The position numbers and the translations under genes were made by a program. Positions 49,710 through 60,261 of a stretch of DNA of 64,000 nucleotides are shown here, piece after piece. Each line of letters opens with the position of its first letter. Positions within the stretch are counted from its first letter, which is position 1. The stretch spans positions 163,656 through 227,655 of the forward strand of contig AP024681.1 in NCBI GenBank assembly GCA_025999335.1, in the 5' to 3' direction. Under the pieces are notes generated by a model. The model saw nothing but the letters and a program-made list of their open reading frames with translations. It was not told where the DNA came from and did no database searches. The DNA is from Candidatus Parcubacteria bacterium (GTDB lineage Bacteria; Patescibacteriota; Minisyncoccia; UBA6257; HR35).

Positions 49710-50924
49710 ATGAAAAAAATTATTTTCTTTTTAATAGATGGCATTGCTGACTCTATATCTAATAAAAATTTTGCTACACCCTTAAAAACAGCACGGAAAA
49801 AAAATATTAATAAATTGTTAGATCAATCTTTTTTAGGACAATTATTGCCATTAACTAAAGAAGAATGGCCTAAACAAGGCAATAAAAGCGTCACTGGCTT
49901 AGCTAATTTAGGTATTCTAGGATATGAAAAAAAAATACAAACAATAAAACGTGGACCATTGGAAGCCATAGGTTCTGACTTTGTTTATCAAAATGGTCAT
50001 TTAGCTATAAGATTTGACTTTGCTACTGTCAATAAAAATTTAAAAGTTATTGATCGTAGAGCAGGAAGAAATACTTTTGGTTTGCAAACATTAATAAAGG
50101 CATTAAATAAAATGACCTTTGACATTCCGTTTATTTTACGCAAAACCTATGGGCACCGAGGTGTTCTTATATTTTTCAAAAAAAATCTTTCTGATAAAAT
50201 AAGCGACAGCGACCCTTATAAAAATGGGGAAAAAGTAAAAAAAATCAAAAACATAAATAATGATAAAATTTCAAAACAAACAGCTCTCTTGGTGCAAAAA
50301 TTTTTAGACAAAAGCCATCAACTGCTTAATAATCATCCTATTAATAAACAAAGATTAAATAAAAAAATCCCGCCAGCTAATTATTTATTAACTCGTGAAG
50401 CTGGCAACAAAATAGTTAAGCTTCATAACTTTTTTAAAAAAAATAAATTTAAAAATGGTGTTGTTATTGCTGAAAATGGCGTTATCAAAGGCGGTTGCCT
50501 TTTAGCCGGTTTTCAAGCACAAACTCTTCCAGAAATTCATAATCTCCAAGAAAGATATAATTTTATTTACAAAAAAATCCAGCAAAATATTAATAAATAT
50601 CAATTAATATATGTACATCTTAAAGAAGCTGACGAAGCCGCTCACGATAAAAATCCTTTAAAAAAACGCAAGTTTTTTGAGTTTTTTGATCAATGGTTTG
50701 GTAATTTATATTTTTCTTTATCTAAGAATATAATATTTATTATAAGCGGAGATCATATTACTAATTCAAAAAGTGGTATGCATCAATGGGGCGCAGTTCC
50801 TTTATTGATCGTCAATTCTCCAATTAAAAATAATCCTCAAGGCTTTGATGAAATGAATGCTAAAAAAACAAATATAGTTTTGAGGCCAAAGGCGTTATGG
50901 CAATTAATACGAAAATATAATTAA
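49710..50924 (+). CDS. apgM: ApgM-type (archaeal-type) cofactor-independent phosphoglycerate mutase family
   Basis: IDGIAD, TPL, RGPLEA, DRRAGR, DEAAHD, GDH metal ligands. Confidence 0.82.
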   Translation: MKKIIFFLIDGIADSISNKNFATPLKTARKKNINKLLDQSFLGQLLPLTKEEWPKQGNKSVTGLANLGILGYEKKIQTIKRGPLEAIGSDFVYQNGHLAIRFDFATVNKNLKVIDRRAGRNTFGLQTLIKALNKMTFDIPFILRKTYGHRGVLIFFKKNLSDKISDSDPYKNGEKVKKIKNINNDKISKQTALLVQKFLDKSHQLLNNHPINKQRLNKKIPPANYLLTREAGNKIVKLHNFFKKNKFKNGVVIAENGVIKGGCLLAGFQAQTLPEIHNLQERYNFIYKKIQQNINKYQLIYVHLKEADEAAHDKNPLKKRKFFEFFDQWFGNLYFSLSKNIIFIISGDHITNSKSGMHQWGAVPLLIVNSPIKNNPQGFDEMNAKKTNIVLRPKALWQLIRKYN

Positions 50925-50926
50925 AC

Positions 50927-50998
50927 GCCCGTTTAGCTCAGAGGCAGAGCGTCTCGTTCACATCGAGAAGGACGGAGGTTCAAATCCTCCAACGGGCA
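50927..50998 (+). tRNA. tRNA-Val(CAC)
   Basis: Anticodon arm TCTCG-TTCACAT-CGAGA. Confidence 0.94.
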
Positions 50999-51268
50999 CA
51001 TTTTAAACAAAACCTTGATTACTATTTTTAGACAATCTTTGTTATTATCTTAAAAAATTAAGCTTACACAATTTATCGTTCTTATCATTATTCATTATTA
51101 AAACTACATTATTAATATCTATTTTATTTAGTTATTTCCTTAAGTACTATATTGAAAAGTTTTTATAACTATAAAATACCACTTATTAAAATTATTCAAT
51201 TCTCAAATAAAAAATTTGCACTTAATTATCTTGCAAAAAATTAAATTACTAAAAAAGATTTAATCTAG

Positions 51269-51353
51269 TGCCTGGGGTGGGAGTCGAACCCACACGATCG
51301 TAGCGATCAACGGATTTTAAGTCCGTAGCGTCTGCCAATTCCGCCACCCAGGC
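51269..51353 (-). tRNA. tRNA-Leu(TAA)
   Basis: Anticodon arm ACGGA-CTTAAAA-TCCGT; long variable arm. Confidence 0.96.
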
Positions 51354-51451
51354 GACGCAGTTCACTTTGTGAACAAGGAGCCTGGGTAATGTAAGGGGCA
51401 GATTTATCTGCACCTTAACGCCACCCAGGCGACGCAGTTCACTTTGTGAAC
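51354..51451 (-). repeat. tRNA-Leu upstream hairpin element, copy 2 (with 33-bp direct repeat)
   Basis: 51342-51374 is identical to 51419-51451; homologous to 21284-21356. Confidence 0.88.
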
Positions 51452-51484
51452 TATTTCTTTATTACACTTATTGTAATATCATCA

Positions 51485-52225
51485 TTATTTTTTGCTGTTA
51501 TCTCTATTATAAAACGCTTCTAAAACCTTATCGAGCTTACCTTCCATAATCTCATCTAAATTATACCATGATTTATTCAAACGATGATCTGTTAATCTAT
51601 TTTGAGCAAAATTATAAGTTTTAATTTTCTCTGATCTTTCTTGAAAGCCTATCTGTTTTTTACGCTCTTCATCAACACTACCAATTATTTTTCTTTGCTC
51701 TTGTTCTCTTAATTTACTTTTTAAAATTTCTAAAGCCAATTCACGATTTTTTTGCTGACTTCTCTCTGTTTGGCAACTAACGATAATTCCCGATGGTTTG
51801 TGTAAAATTCTTACCGCAGTTTCAACTTTATTAACATTTTGACCTCCAGGTCCACCAGCTCTAAAAAAGCTTATCTCTAAATCACTATCTTTAATAATAA
51901 TATCATTAACTTTAATCTTAGGAATAATAGCCACTGAAGCTGTTGAGGTATGCAATCTACCGCTTTTTTCTGTCACCGGCACCCTTTGGACGCGATGAAC
52001 TCCTGCTTCATTTTTTAGCAAATCATACACTCCTGGACCTGAAATTTCAGCAATAATTGTTTTAATGCCATTCAAAGAACTCTGGTTTAAGTCTAACACT
52101 CTAAATTTAAAACCTTTCTTTTCAAAAAATTTAGAATACATATTCCATAAATCTTTTGCAAATAAAGCAGCTTCTTCACCTCCAACTCCAGCGCGAATCT
52201 CAAAATATATTGATTGATTTTCCAT
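51485..52225 (-). CDS. prfA: Peptide chain release factor 1 lacking domain 1
   Basis: [14 protein letters not shown] specificity motif, GGQ; downstream of rpmE. Confidence 0.9.
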   Translation of the reverse strand: MENQSIYFEIRAGVGGEEAALFAKDLWNMYSKFFEKKGFKFRVLDLNQSSLNGIKTIIAEISGPGVYDLLKNEAGVHRVQRVPVTEKSGRLHTSTASVAIIPKIKVNDIIIKDSDLEISFFRAGGPGGQNVNKVETAVRILHKPSGIIVSCQTERSQQKNRELALEILKSKLREQEQRKIIGSVDEERKKQIGFQERSEKIKTYNFAQNRLTDHRLNKSWYNLDEIMEGKLDKVLEAFYNRDNSKK

Positions 52226-52315
52226 TAATAAAAATTAACTATTAATACTTATTATTAAATTATTAGAAATCAAAAAACATCAACTTTTTTCTTTATAAAA
52301 TCAATAATTATTTTT

Positions 52316-52519
52316 CTATGATTTTTTCTTTTGTCTTCTTAAGAATTTCTCAACTTGACCAATAATAACCTTCTTCTCCTCTTGACCAGTAAACACCGGC
52401 GAACAGCGACTGCATATTTCCGTTAAAATTTCCGGCTTTGTTGCCTTTACTTCATATTCCTCACCGCAAACACACTTTACTTTAGCTGCAAAAATTTTAG
52501 GATGAATTTGCTGTTTCAT
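52316..52519 (-). CDS. rpmE: 50S ribosomal protein bL31 (zinc type)
   Basis: MKQQIHP, CVC, CSRCSPVFTG. Confidence 0.95.
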   Translation of the reverse strand: MKQQIHPKIFAAKVKCVCGEEYEVKATKPEILTEICSRCSPVFTGQEEKKVIIGQVEKFLRRQKKKS

Positions 52520-52705
52520 TTTTTAAATAATTTTTTAATACTTCTTAATTAACTTTATAGGTAGTATTAATTATATTTTTATGTTATAATTAAAGAAATA
52601 AATAACAAGACAAATAGTCGAACAATAAAATTGTTAATTTTTTATTGAATTAAAATTATAATTATCAAATTATAACATAATTTAGTTATTGCGCAAAATT
52701 ACAAA

Positions 52706-53482
52706 ATGACAAACAAGATACAACAACAAGAAAACGAAACAACCAGTCTTAATAAGAATATTTTTGAAGAAATGATGAAAGCTGGAGTTCATTATGGAAG
52801 AGCAAAAAGATTTACCCATCCTTTAATGAAACCTTTTCTTTTAAAAACAAATAAAAAAATAGAATTATTTAATCTAAAAATCACTCTTGCAAAAATAAAA
52901 CAATGTGCCGCTGTTATAAAAAACCACTTAGAACAAAATAAAACAATATTATTTATAGGCGTAGCACCGGCATCTCAAAATCCCATTCAACGCATTGCAA
53001 CAACTTTAAATCAACCGTATGTAAATTTCAAATGGGTTGGAGGATTTTTGACAAACTTCCAAACAATTCAAGCTCGATTAATATATTTTAAAAATCTTCT
53101 TCAAAAGGAAGCTAACAATGAATTAAAAGATTACTTCCCCAAAGAACGAAGCAAAATAGAAAAAGAGATTCAAAAGTTAAAAAACATATATAGTGGAGTT
53201 ATTGATTTAAACAAGCTTCCTGATTTAACATTTATAGTCAATCTAAACTTCCCCGCTCATATTACCGCTAAAAGAGAAAGTTTAAAAATGAAAATTCCAA
53301 TTATGGCTATTACAGGTTCAGATAATAATATTAGTAATGTTGATTTTATAATGCCTGCTAATGATAAAGCGCCAAAAAGTATTAACTGGATTATTGATAA
53401 GCTAATTCAAGAAATTAAAAATAATCAAACAAAAACTAGTGAAATTAAAACCGATAAGCCTGATAGCAATAACAATCAATAA
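52706..53482 (+). CDS. rpsB: 30S ribosomal protein uS2
   Basis: MMKAGVHYG, WVGGFLTNF, PAND. Confidence 0.93.
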   Translation: MTNKIQQQENETTSLNKNIFEEMMKAGVHYGRAKRFTHPLMKPFLLKTNKKIELFNLKITLAKIKQCAAVIKNHLEQNKTILFIGVAPASQNPIQRIATTLNQPYVNFKWVGGFLTNFQTIQARLIYFKNLLQKEANNELKDYFPKERSKIEKEIQKLKNIYSGVIDLNKLPDLTFIVNLNFPAHITAKRESLKMKIPIMAITGSDNNISNVDFIMPANDKAPKSINWIIDKLIQEIKNNQTKTSEIKTDKPDSNNNQ

Positions 53483-53527
53483 CTAATTGTTCGTCGTTAT
53501 TATTGTCAATTATTATTTTTTAGATCA

Positions 53528-54118
53528 ATGGATAAAGAATTATTAGAAAAAATAAAACTACTTAGAGAACAAACAGGAGCGCCCATTGGTAAATGCAAAG
53601 AAGCTTTAGAAAAAGAAAAGGGAGATATTGAAAAAGCTAAAATTCTTCTTAGAAAAATTGGAGAAAATTTATTAGATAAAAAAAAGGAAATTGTTGCTGG
53701 TAACGGTATTATTGAAGGTTATATTCATTTCAATGGTCGGGTTGGATCTTTAATCGAACTTCGCTCTGAAACAGATTTTGTTGCTAAAAGTCCTGATTTT
53801 AAAAATTTAGCTCATCAACTAGCATTACAAATAGCAACAATGAAACCTCTTTATATAGACATTAAAGATATTCCTCAAGATATCTTAGAAAGCAAAAAAG
53901 ATGAATTCAGCGAAGATATTAAAGATAAACCGGGCAACATAAAAGATCAAATTATTCAAGGTAGAATTAATAAATGGGCTGAAGAAATTTGCTTACTGCA
54001 ACAACCATATTTTAAAGACGAAAATATTAAAATTAAAGATTTAATTAATGAATATACAAATAAATTTGGCGAAAAAATTGAAGTTAAAAGATTTATAAGA
54101 TTTAGCGTTGATGATTAA
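53528..54118 (+). CDS. tsf: Elongation factor Ts (short form)
   Basis: LREQTGA, ETDFVAK, IEVKRFIRF. Confidence 0.96.
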   Translation: MDKELLEKIKLLREQTGAPIGKCKEALEKEKGDIEKAKILLRKIGENLLDKKKEIVAGNGIIEGYIHFNGRVGSLIELRSETDFVAKSPDFKNLAHQLALQIATMKPLYIDIKDIPQDILESKKDEFSEDIKDKPGNIKDQIIQGRINKWAEEICLLQQPYFKDENIKIKDLINEYTNKFGEKIEVKRFIRFSVDD

Positions 54119-54419
54119 TTATTATTTAATCATTTTAGGTTATTTTTTTATACTTCTTTCCATTATTTTACTTTACATTAAAATAAAAAAAACACCTCTT
54201 GCTAAAGAAGATAACATTTATTGGGCTAGATTATCTAAACAAATTAAAGAATATAAAGCGAAAACTCTTAACATCTTAAAAATTTCCGAAGAAGAAATTA
54301 TTTACTTAATTAAAAACTTATTAGAAAAAATATTACTAAGGATTAAAATTGAAGCCTTAAAAGTCGAAACTTGGGCAAATAAAAATTTAGAAAAACTAAG
54401 AAATAAAAACAGTGTTTAG
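54108..54419 (+). CDS. Small hypothetical membrane-anchored protein
   Basis: N-terminal TM; overlaps the tsf stop. Confidence 0.55.
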   Translation: MMINYYLIILGYFFILLSIILLYIKIKKTPLAKEDNIYWARLSKQIKEYKAKTLNILKISEEEIIYLIKNLLEKILLRIKIEALKVETWANKNLEKLRNKNSV

Positions 54420-54532
54420 TTTGTTAATAAAAAAATAGATAATAATATATAATAAATTTAGAAAATCAAAAAATAATTAATATAAAATATAATATATTAA
54501 CCGTCGTTATTAAATTTATTTTTATATAAATT

Positions 54533-54778
54533 ATGAAAAAAATAACCATCTATACTACAACATATTGCCCTTGGTGTCAGGCAACTAAAGATTTTCTTAA
54601 ACAAAATAATTATGAATTTGAAGAAAAGAACGTTGAGAATAATCCTGAATGGGCGAACGAAATGGTAGAAAAATCTGGACAATATGGCGTGCCTGTTATT
54701 GACATTGAAGGCAAAATAATAGTTGGTTATTCTCCTGAAGAAATTATGGAGGCTATTAAAGGTGAAGACAATAATTAG
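54533..54778 (+). CDS. Glutaredoxin-like protein (NrdH-redoxin type)
   Basis: CPWC, GVPV; precedes thioredoxin reductase. Confidence 0.92.
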   Translation: MKKITIYTTTYCPWCQATKDFLKQNNYEFEEKNVENNPEWANEMVEKSGQYGVPVIDIEGKIIVGYSPEEIMEAIKGEDNN

Positions 54779-54805
54779 TAAATTAAAATTTCTGCTCTGA
54801 TAATA

Positions 54806-55735
54806 ATGAAACAAGGCATTATCATTGGCGCTTCGGCAGCTGGTTTGTCAGCGGCAATCTATTTAAAAAGACAAAACATAGATTTTCAGATAATAAGCAA
54901 GGACATAGGAGGAGAAATGGCATTATCTGGAATCATTGAAAACTACCCTGGCTTTCCTCTTACTGATGGCGTTGCTTTAACTCAAAAATTCAAAGAGCAT
55001 ATTGATAAATATGAAATTTCCGTTATTAATGATACGGTCAATGCTTTAGCTATAGAAAAACAAAACGAGCATCAACAATACTTTAAAGTCATTACCGCAA
55101 AGAATGTTTATACAGCAAAAACAATAATTATTGCCACAGGAAGCACGCCAAAAAAATTAAATATTCCCGGGGAAGAAAAATTCTATCACAAAGGTTTAAG
55201 TTACTGTTCTGTTTGTGACTTACCGTTATTTAAAGATAAAGTTGTTACAATCATTGGTGGCGGTAATTCAGCTAATGAAGCTGGTATTATGGGTTCAAGG
55301 ATATGCAAGCAAGTGTATGTCATAACCAAAAATCCGATGATGAAAGGCGATAAAATACTTATTGAAGAGTTAAAATCTAAAGCAAATGTCAAAATTATTT
55401 TTAATGCTTTAACTCAAGAAATTATTGGAGAGAATTTTGTTAGTGGCGTAAAATATAATGACTTAGTTAGCGGAGAAACTAACTATTTAAAAACCGATGG
55501 CGTGTTTATTCATATTGGCTTACAACCAAATACTAAATTTATCCCCCCGGAATGGAATTTAATGAATAGCTACGGAGAAATTATTGTTAATGAATTGTGT
55601 CAAACAAAAATACCCGGCATTTTTGCTGCTGGCGATGTTACCAACATTCCTCATAAACAAATAGGCATTGCCGTTGGACAAGGAATTATAGCCGGTTTAG
55701 AAGCTATAAAATTTATAAACAGCTTGGGATCATAA
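54806..55735 (+). CDS. trxB: Thioredoxin-disulfide reductase
   Basis: ENYPG, CSVCD, GGGNSA, FAAGD. Confidence 0.9.
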   Translation: MKQGIIIGASAAGLSAAIYLKRQNIDFQIISKDIGGEMALSGIIENYPGFPLTDGVALTQKFKEHIDKYEISVINDTVNALAIEKQNEHQQYFKVITAKNVYTAKTIIIATGSTPKKLNIPGEEKFYHKGLSYCSVCDLPLFKDKVVTIIGGGNSANEAGIMGSRICKQVYVITKNPMMKGDKILIEELKSKANVKIIFNALTQEIIGENFVSGVKYNDLVSGETNYLKTDGVFIHIGLQPNTKFIPPEWNLMNSYGEIIVNELCQTKIPGIFAAGDVTNIPHKQIGIAVGQGIIAGLEAIKFINSLGS

Positions 55736-55751
55736 AAATACAATTTAAACA

Positions 55752-57149
55752 ATGAACTTTCAGAATTTAACTATTTCCGAAATTAAACAACATTTAAATA
55801 AAAAAAATATTAATGATTTTTATCATCACTACTTTGAATTTTTAAAAAAAGAAAATGAACAAATAAAAGGTTTTCTTTTTTTTACCGAAAAATTAGCTTT
55901 TGAAACTATAGAGCAAATAAAAAATAAAGATACAAGTTTGCCCTTGTGGGGCGTGCCTATAGCTATTAAAGATAATATAATGGTAAAAAATGAAAAATGC
56001 ACCGCGGGATCGTTAATCTTAGAAAATTACATTGCTCCTTACGATGCTACAGTGGTAAAAAAATTAAAAAATGCTGGAGCAGTTATTGTTGGCAAAACCA
56101 ATCTTGATGAATTTGCTATGGGATCATCAACAGAGAATTCTGCTTTTGCTAAAACTCTTAATCCTTTCGATCCATCGAGAGTTCCCGGAGGTTCATCAGG
56201 AGGTTCAGCAGCCGTAGTAGGTAAAGGTTTAATACCTATTGCTTTAGGCTCCGACACCGGTGGCTCGATTAGGCAACCAGCATCTTTTTGCGGTGTTTAT
56301 GGGCTTAAACCAACATATTCAACTGTTTCTCGTTTTGGACTTATTGCTATGGCATCGTCTTTAGATCAAATAGGACCATTTGCTAAAAATTTAAATGATT
56401 TAATTTTACTATTTAAAATAATATACGGCAAAGATTATCTTGACAGCACTTCTCAAAACTATCAAAACAATAATCAACGAATCGCAACTATTGGCATACC
56501 CGATGAAGTTTTCAGTTTAGGTTTAGATCCTGAAGTTAAAAATGCTTTTGACGATTTTATTAAAAAAGTAAAAACAAAATATAATGTAAAACAAATTTCT
56601 TTGCCTTCTCTACCTTATGCTTTGCCAACTTACTACTTAATAATGACTGCTGAAGTTAGCTCTAATCTAGCAAGATATGACGGCATTAAATACGGTCGCC
56701 GAAGCGCTAATCACGACTTGCTAAATCAATATTTACAAACACGTAAAATGTATCTTGGTAAAGAAGTTAAACGACGAATACTTTTAGGTTCGTTTGTCTT
56801 ATCTCATGGCTATTACGAAGCCTATTATTTAAAAGCTCTTAAAGCAAGAAAATTTATTTTTCAAGATTTCCAAAAAGCCTTTCAAGATGTCGATTTAATT
56901 TTAATGCCTACTTCGCCTACTCTACCTTTTCGTTTCAATGAAAAAACTCAAGATCCTTTAACAATGTATCTCGCCGATATTTTCACGGTAGCTGTTAATT
57001 TAGCATACTTACCAGCGATATCGTTTAATATATCGTTCTATAAAAATCAACAAAATAACTATAGCCTACCTATTGGTTGTCAAGCCATAGCTAATCTTTA
57101 CGAAGAAGAAAAAATATTTTCATTTTTACAAAGTCTTAATTTTAACTAA
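55752..57149 (+). CDS. gatA: Glu/Asp-tRNA amidotransferase subunit A
   Basis: KDN, GGSSGGS, GSDTGGSIRQPA, SSNLARYDG. Confidence 0.96.
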   Translation: MNFQNLTISEIKQHLNKKNINDFYHHYFEFLKKENEQIKGFLFFTEKLAFETIEQIKNKDTSLPLWGVPIAIKDNIMVKNEKCTAGSLILENYIAPYDATVVKKLKNAGAVIVGKTNLDEFAMGSSTENSAFAKTLNPFDPSRVPGGSSGGSAAVVGKGLIPIALGSDTGGSIRQPASFCGVYGLKPTYSTVSRFGLIAMASSLDQIGPFAKNLNDLILLFKIIYGKDYLDSTSQNYQNNNQRIATIGIPDEVFSLGLDPEVKNAFDDFIKKVKTKYNVKQISLPSLPYALPTYYLIMTAEVSSNLARYDGIKYGRRSANHDLLNQYLQTRKMYLGKEVKRRILLGSFVLSHGYYEAYYLKALKARKFIFQDFQKAFQDVDLILMPTSPTLPFRFNEKTQDPLTMYLADIFTVAVNLAYLPAISFNISFYKNQQNNYSLPIGCQAIANLYEEEKIFSFLQSLNFN

Positions 57150-57724
57150 TGCCTGTTCTCCAGCTAACAATAGGTAAAATTTTAAAACTAATTGAGGGAA
57201 CGGTGCAAATTCTTTACGATAATTTATTTTTTCTTAGTGAACTTTTCTTTTATATCTTAATATTAACATTCTGCTTTATTTTAATAACCAAATATATTAT
57301 TAACGAATTGAAATATCAAAAAGAAATAAAAAAATGGCAAACTTATTATAAATTGCTCTCTTATTATTTTTTCTTAAAGAAAAAAAATAAACGTTTTGCC
57401 GAAATTAAAGAAACATTCTATCTCAACAAAATAGCAGCTCTTTATGAATTAAGAAATCTTCTCCACGAAGCATTAACAACTTTTGGCTATGAAGGATCTT
57501 TAAAAGAACAATTAGAAGCAGTCAAGAATAACTTAATACCCAATGTTGACCAATTAAAAAAAGCAGAAACAATTTTTAATCTCCTCGAAGAAAAATATAA
57601 ACAACAAGGAAATATCAAGTTAAACGAAAACGATTTTTTAGTTTTATTTCATACTTACGAAACAGCTCTTTTTAATTTAAAGATTATTAATCAGGAAGAT
57701 TTTTTGGCAACACATCTAAAGTAA
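57149..57724 (+). CDS. Hypothetical membrane-anchored protein
   Basis: One TM; TAATG coupling to gatA. Confidence 0.6.
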   Translation: MPVLQLTIGKILKLIEGTVQILYDNLFFLSELFFYILILTFCFILITKYIINELKYQKEIKKWQTYYKLLSYYFFLKKKNKRFAEIKETFYLNKIAALYELRNLLHEALTTFGYEGSLKEQLEAVKNNLIPNVDQLKKAETIFNLLEEKYKQQGNIKLNENDFLVLFHTYETALFNLKIINQEDFLATHLK

Positions 57725-59003
57725 CATCAATTAAAATTTCTTTATTATCTCTTAAAACTTTTAAGGTTATTTTTTGCCCAACTTCTTTTTTAGCAATAAT
57801 CTGCGCTAAAGATTTTTGAGTAGTAATCATTTCATTATCGACAGACAAAATAATATCTCCATTGCGTAAACCTGCTTTAGCTGCCGGTGAATTAGGAATA
57901 ATTGGTGATTTCTTGTCGTTATAAACATAAGCACCATAACTAACAGGCAATTTATATTCTTTTTGAACTGCTTCATCAATCAAAATATAATAAACTCCTA
58001 AAAAAGGCACTTCTATAAAACCTTTTTTATTAATTTGATCTATCATTTTCTTCAAGCGATTAACTGGAATAGCAAAACCGATATTTTCAGCTCCACTAGC
58101 TATAGCTGTATTAATAGCAATCACTTCTCCTTTAAGATTTAACAAAGGACCACCAGAATTACCGAAATTAATAGCAGCGTCAGTTTGAATTAAATCTTCT
58201 AACTTCTCAATATTACCTCGTTCATCATTGGCTATCAGACTTCTTCGTAATCCGGAAACTAATCCAAAGCTTACGGTATTTTGAAATTCTCCTAAAGCAT
58301 TACCAATAGCTATGACAAATTGACCTATCTTTATGTTATCTGAATCACCCAAGGGTAAAACTGGTAAATTATCAGCATTTATTTTTAGAAGAGCTAAATC
58401 GTCAACAGGATGAACTGCTAAGACCTTAGCGTCATATTTTTTACCATTATTAAGATAAACCGTATATTCAGCCTTGGGATCACTAACTACATGCTTATTA
58501 GTAGCGATCAATCCATTTTTAGAAACTATAAAGCCGCTACCTCCACCAACTTTTTCTTTCTTTAACTCTTCTTTTTGTTTATATTGAGGAATTTGAAATT
58601 GAAAAAATTTTCTTATTTCTGGCGGTAGAGGAAAATCATCGTCAAAAGAAAAAGGATTAATATAATACTGCTCAACAATTGGAACATATTTAGTAATAAC
58701 AATACTTACAACTGCTGGATTAGCTTTGTCAACAAGAGAAATAATCGCATCTTCAAAATCAAAAATAGAACTTATTTTATCACTGGTAATGTTTTTAGTT
58801 AACGGAGGTCTCAAAAAATCAGACTGTTGCTTCGTTTCGTAAGGATAAGATGGAAAAGTCGATATATTGCCATAATTAAATAATGACCTTAAATAATCCA
58901 ACCAATTATCCTGAGAACCAATAGCAAAATTAGCCGAGAACAAAGAAATTCCTAAAATATATAGAGCAATAATAAAAAATAATATATTATTGCGCCAATT
59001 CAT
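57687..59003 (-). CDS. htrA: HtrA/DegP-family serine protease with one PDZ domain
   Basis: GSGFI, TNKHVV, DLAL, IQTDAAINFGNSGGPL. Confidence 0.95.
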   Translation of the reverse strand: MNWRNNILFFIIALYILGISLFSANFAIGSQDNWLDYLRSLFNYGNISTFPSYPYETKQQSDFLRPPLTKNITSDKISSIFDFEDAIISLVDKANPAVVSIVITKYVPIVEQYYINPFSFDDDFPLPPEIRKFFQFQIPQYKQKEELKKEKVGGGSGFIVSKNGLIATNKHVVSDPKAEYTVYLNNGKKYDAKVLAVHPVDDLALLKINADNLPVLPLGDSDNIKIGQFVIAIGNALGEFQNTVSFGLVSGLRRSLIANDERGNIEKLEDLIQTDAAINFGNSGGPLLNLKGEVIAINTAIASGAENIGFAIPVNRLKKMIDQINKKGFIEVPFLGVYYILIDEAVQKEYKLPVSYGAYVYNDKKSPIIPNSPAAKAGLRNGDIILSVDNEMITTQKSLAQIIAKKEVGQKITLKVLRDNKEILIDVTLDVLPKNLPD

Positions 59004-60193
59004 TTTTTGCTAATAAATTGATTTAAAATATTAATAAAATAATCGACCTCCTTTTCAGTGTTGTTTAATCCAAATGATACGCGAATTGTTTTGTCTGCTC
59101 TCTCTTTGCCAAAAACTTCCTTAATTATATAACTAGAACTAGAAGCGCGTGACTGGCAGGCTATGCCTGTAGATACAGCGATATTATTACTATCTAAGTA
59201 TAGCAAAGTTTCTTGACTTTGTCTATTTTTTATATAAAGGCTAAGGATTTTATTTGTTACAAAAGGAAAGTTATTGTTAACCTCAACATCTTTTAAGCTG
59301 AGCAACTTGTTAAGACAATAAGATCTTAAATTATCTAAAAAATTTCTAATTTTATCTTTTTCGTTTGTTAAAATATTCAAAGCCGTAGCAAAACCAACTA
59401 TTAACGGCACGGGCAAAGTACCAGCTCTTAATCCATATTCACCTTCAGAACCATGAATAATAGGAATTAAAGGCGTGCCTAATTTAACATATAACATAGC
59501 CACCCCTTTAGGACCGTAAATTTTATGTGACGACAGCGTCATCAAGTCAACATTTAAATCGCCAACATTTATATTTTCCGTAAGCACTTGAGCGGCATCA
59601 ATGTGAAAATAAATTTTATTTTTTCTTTGTTTGTTAATCTCTTGCAATTTCTTGCCAATGTTAATTATATCTTGAACAACGCCTATTTCGCTATTAACAT
59701 AATGTATGGAAATTAAAACAGTATTTTCTTTAATGTTTTTTATAATATCGTCAACAGAAACAAGACCTGGCGTTGAAGAATTATCATCCAAAGAGCCTGG
59801 CTTAACATAGGAAACTTCAATATTTTTTTTCTCTTCAAGATAATCTAAAATACCGAAAATAGAAGGATGCTCAATAGTAGTTGTAATAATATGCGGCTTA
59901 TAATCCCTAATTGTAAATTCTTTTGTTAATAAAAAATAATCAATCAAACCTTTAATTGCTAAATTATTACTTTCCGTAGCTGATGATGTAAAAATAATTT
60001 CCCGACTATAATTAGCTTTAATAATATTTCTTATTATCTCGCGACTATCATCAAGAGCCTTAAGAGCTTCTTGACCAAAGGAATGCAAGCTAAAATGATT
60101 GCCAAATTTATCATCATAATATTCGCTCATAGCCTTAATTACTTCCTTGCGCGTAAAGGTTGTTGCTGCGTAATCAAAATATATTTTCTTCAT
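59000..60193 (-). CDS. iscS: Cysteine desulfurase (IscS/NifS type)
   Basis: YFDYAATT, EHPS, DAAQ, SSHKIYGPKG, STGIAC. Confidence 0.9.
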   Translation of the reverse strand: MKKIYFDYAATTFTRKEVIKAMSEYYDDKFGNHFSLHSFGQEALKALDDSREIIRNIIKANYSREIIFTSSATESNNLAIKGLIDYFLLTKEFTIRDYKPHIITTTIEHPSIFGILDYLEEKKNIEVSYVKPGSLDDNSSTPGLVSVDDIIKNIKENTVLISIHYVNSEIGVVQDIINIGKKLQEINKQRKNKIYFHIDAAQVLTENINVGDLNVDLMTLSSHKIYGPKGVAMLYVKLGTPLIPIIHGSEGEYGLRAGTLPVPLIVGFATALNILTNEKDKIRNFLDNLRSYCLNKLLSLKDVEVNNNFPFVTNKILSLYIKNRQSQETLLYLDSNNIAVSTGIACQSRASSSSYIIKEVFGKERADKTIRVSFGLNNTEKEVDYFINILNQFISKK

Positions 60194-60261
60194 TGTTGTT
60201 TTGAGGTTTTAAAGTATAATGAAATAAATATTAATAAATTATACTACAGATTACAAAGACA

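Noticed and set aside
51000-51268. Long AT-rich spacers (also 3830-4070, 21000-21197, 23940-24160) as hidden genes
   Set aside because: No convincing ORF or structure found by eye
51342-51451. 33-bp direct repeat as a mini CRISPR array or prophage att site
   Set aside because: Only two units, the repeat includes the tRNA 5' end (att sites usually duplicate the 3' end), and no cas or integrase genes are present
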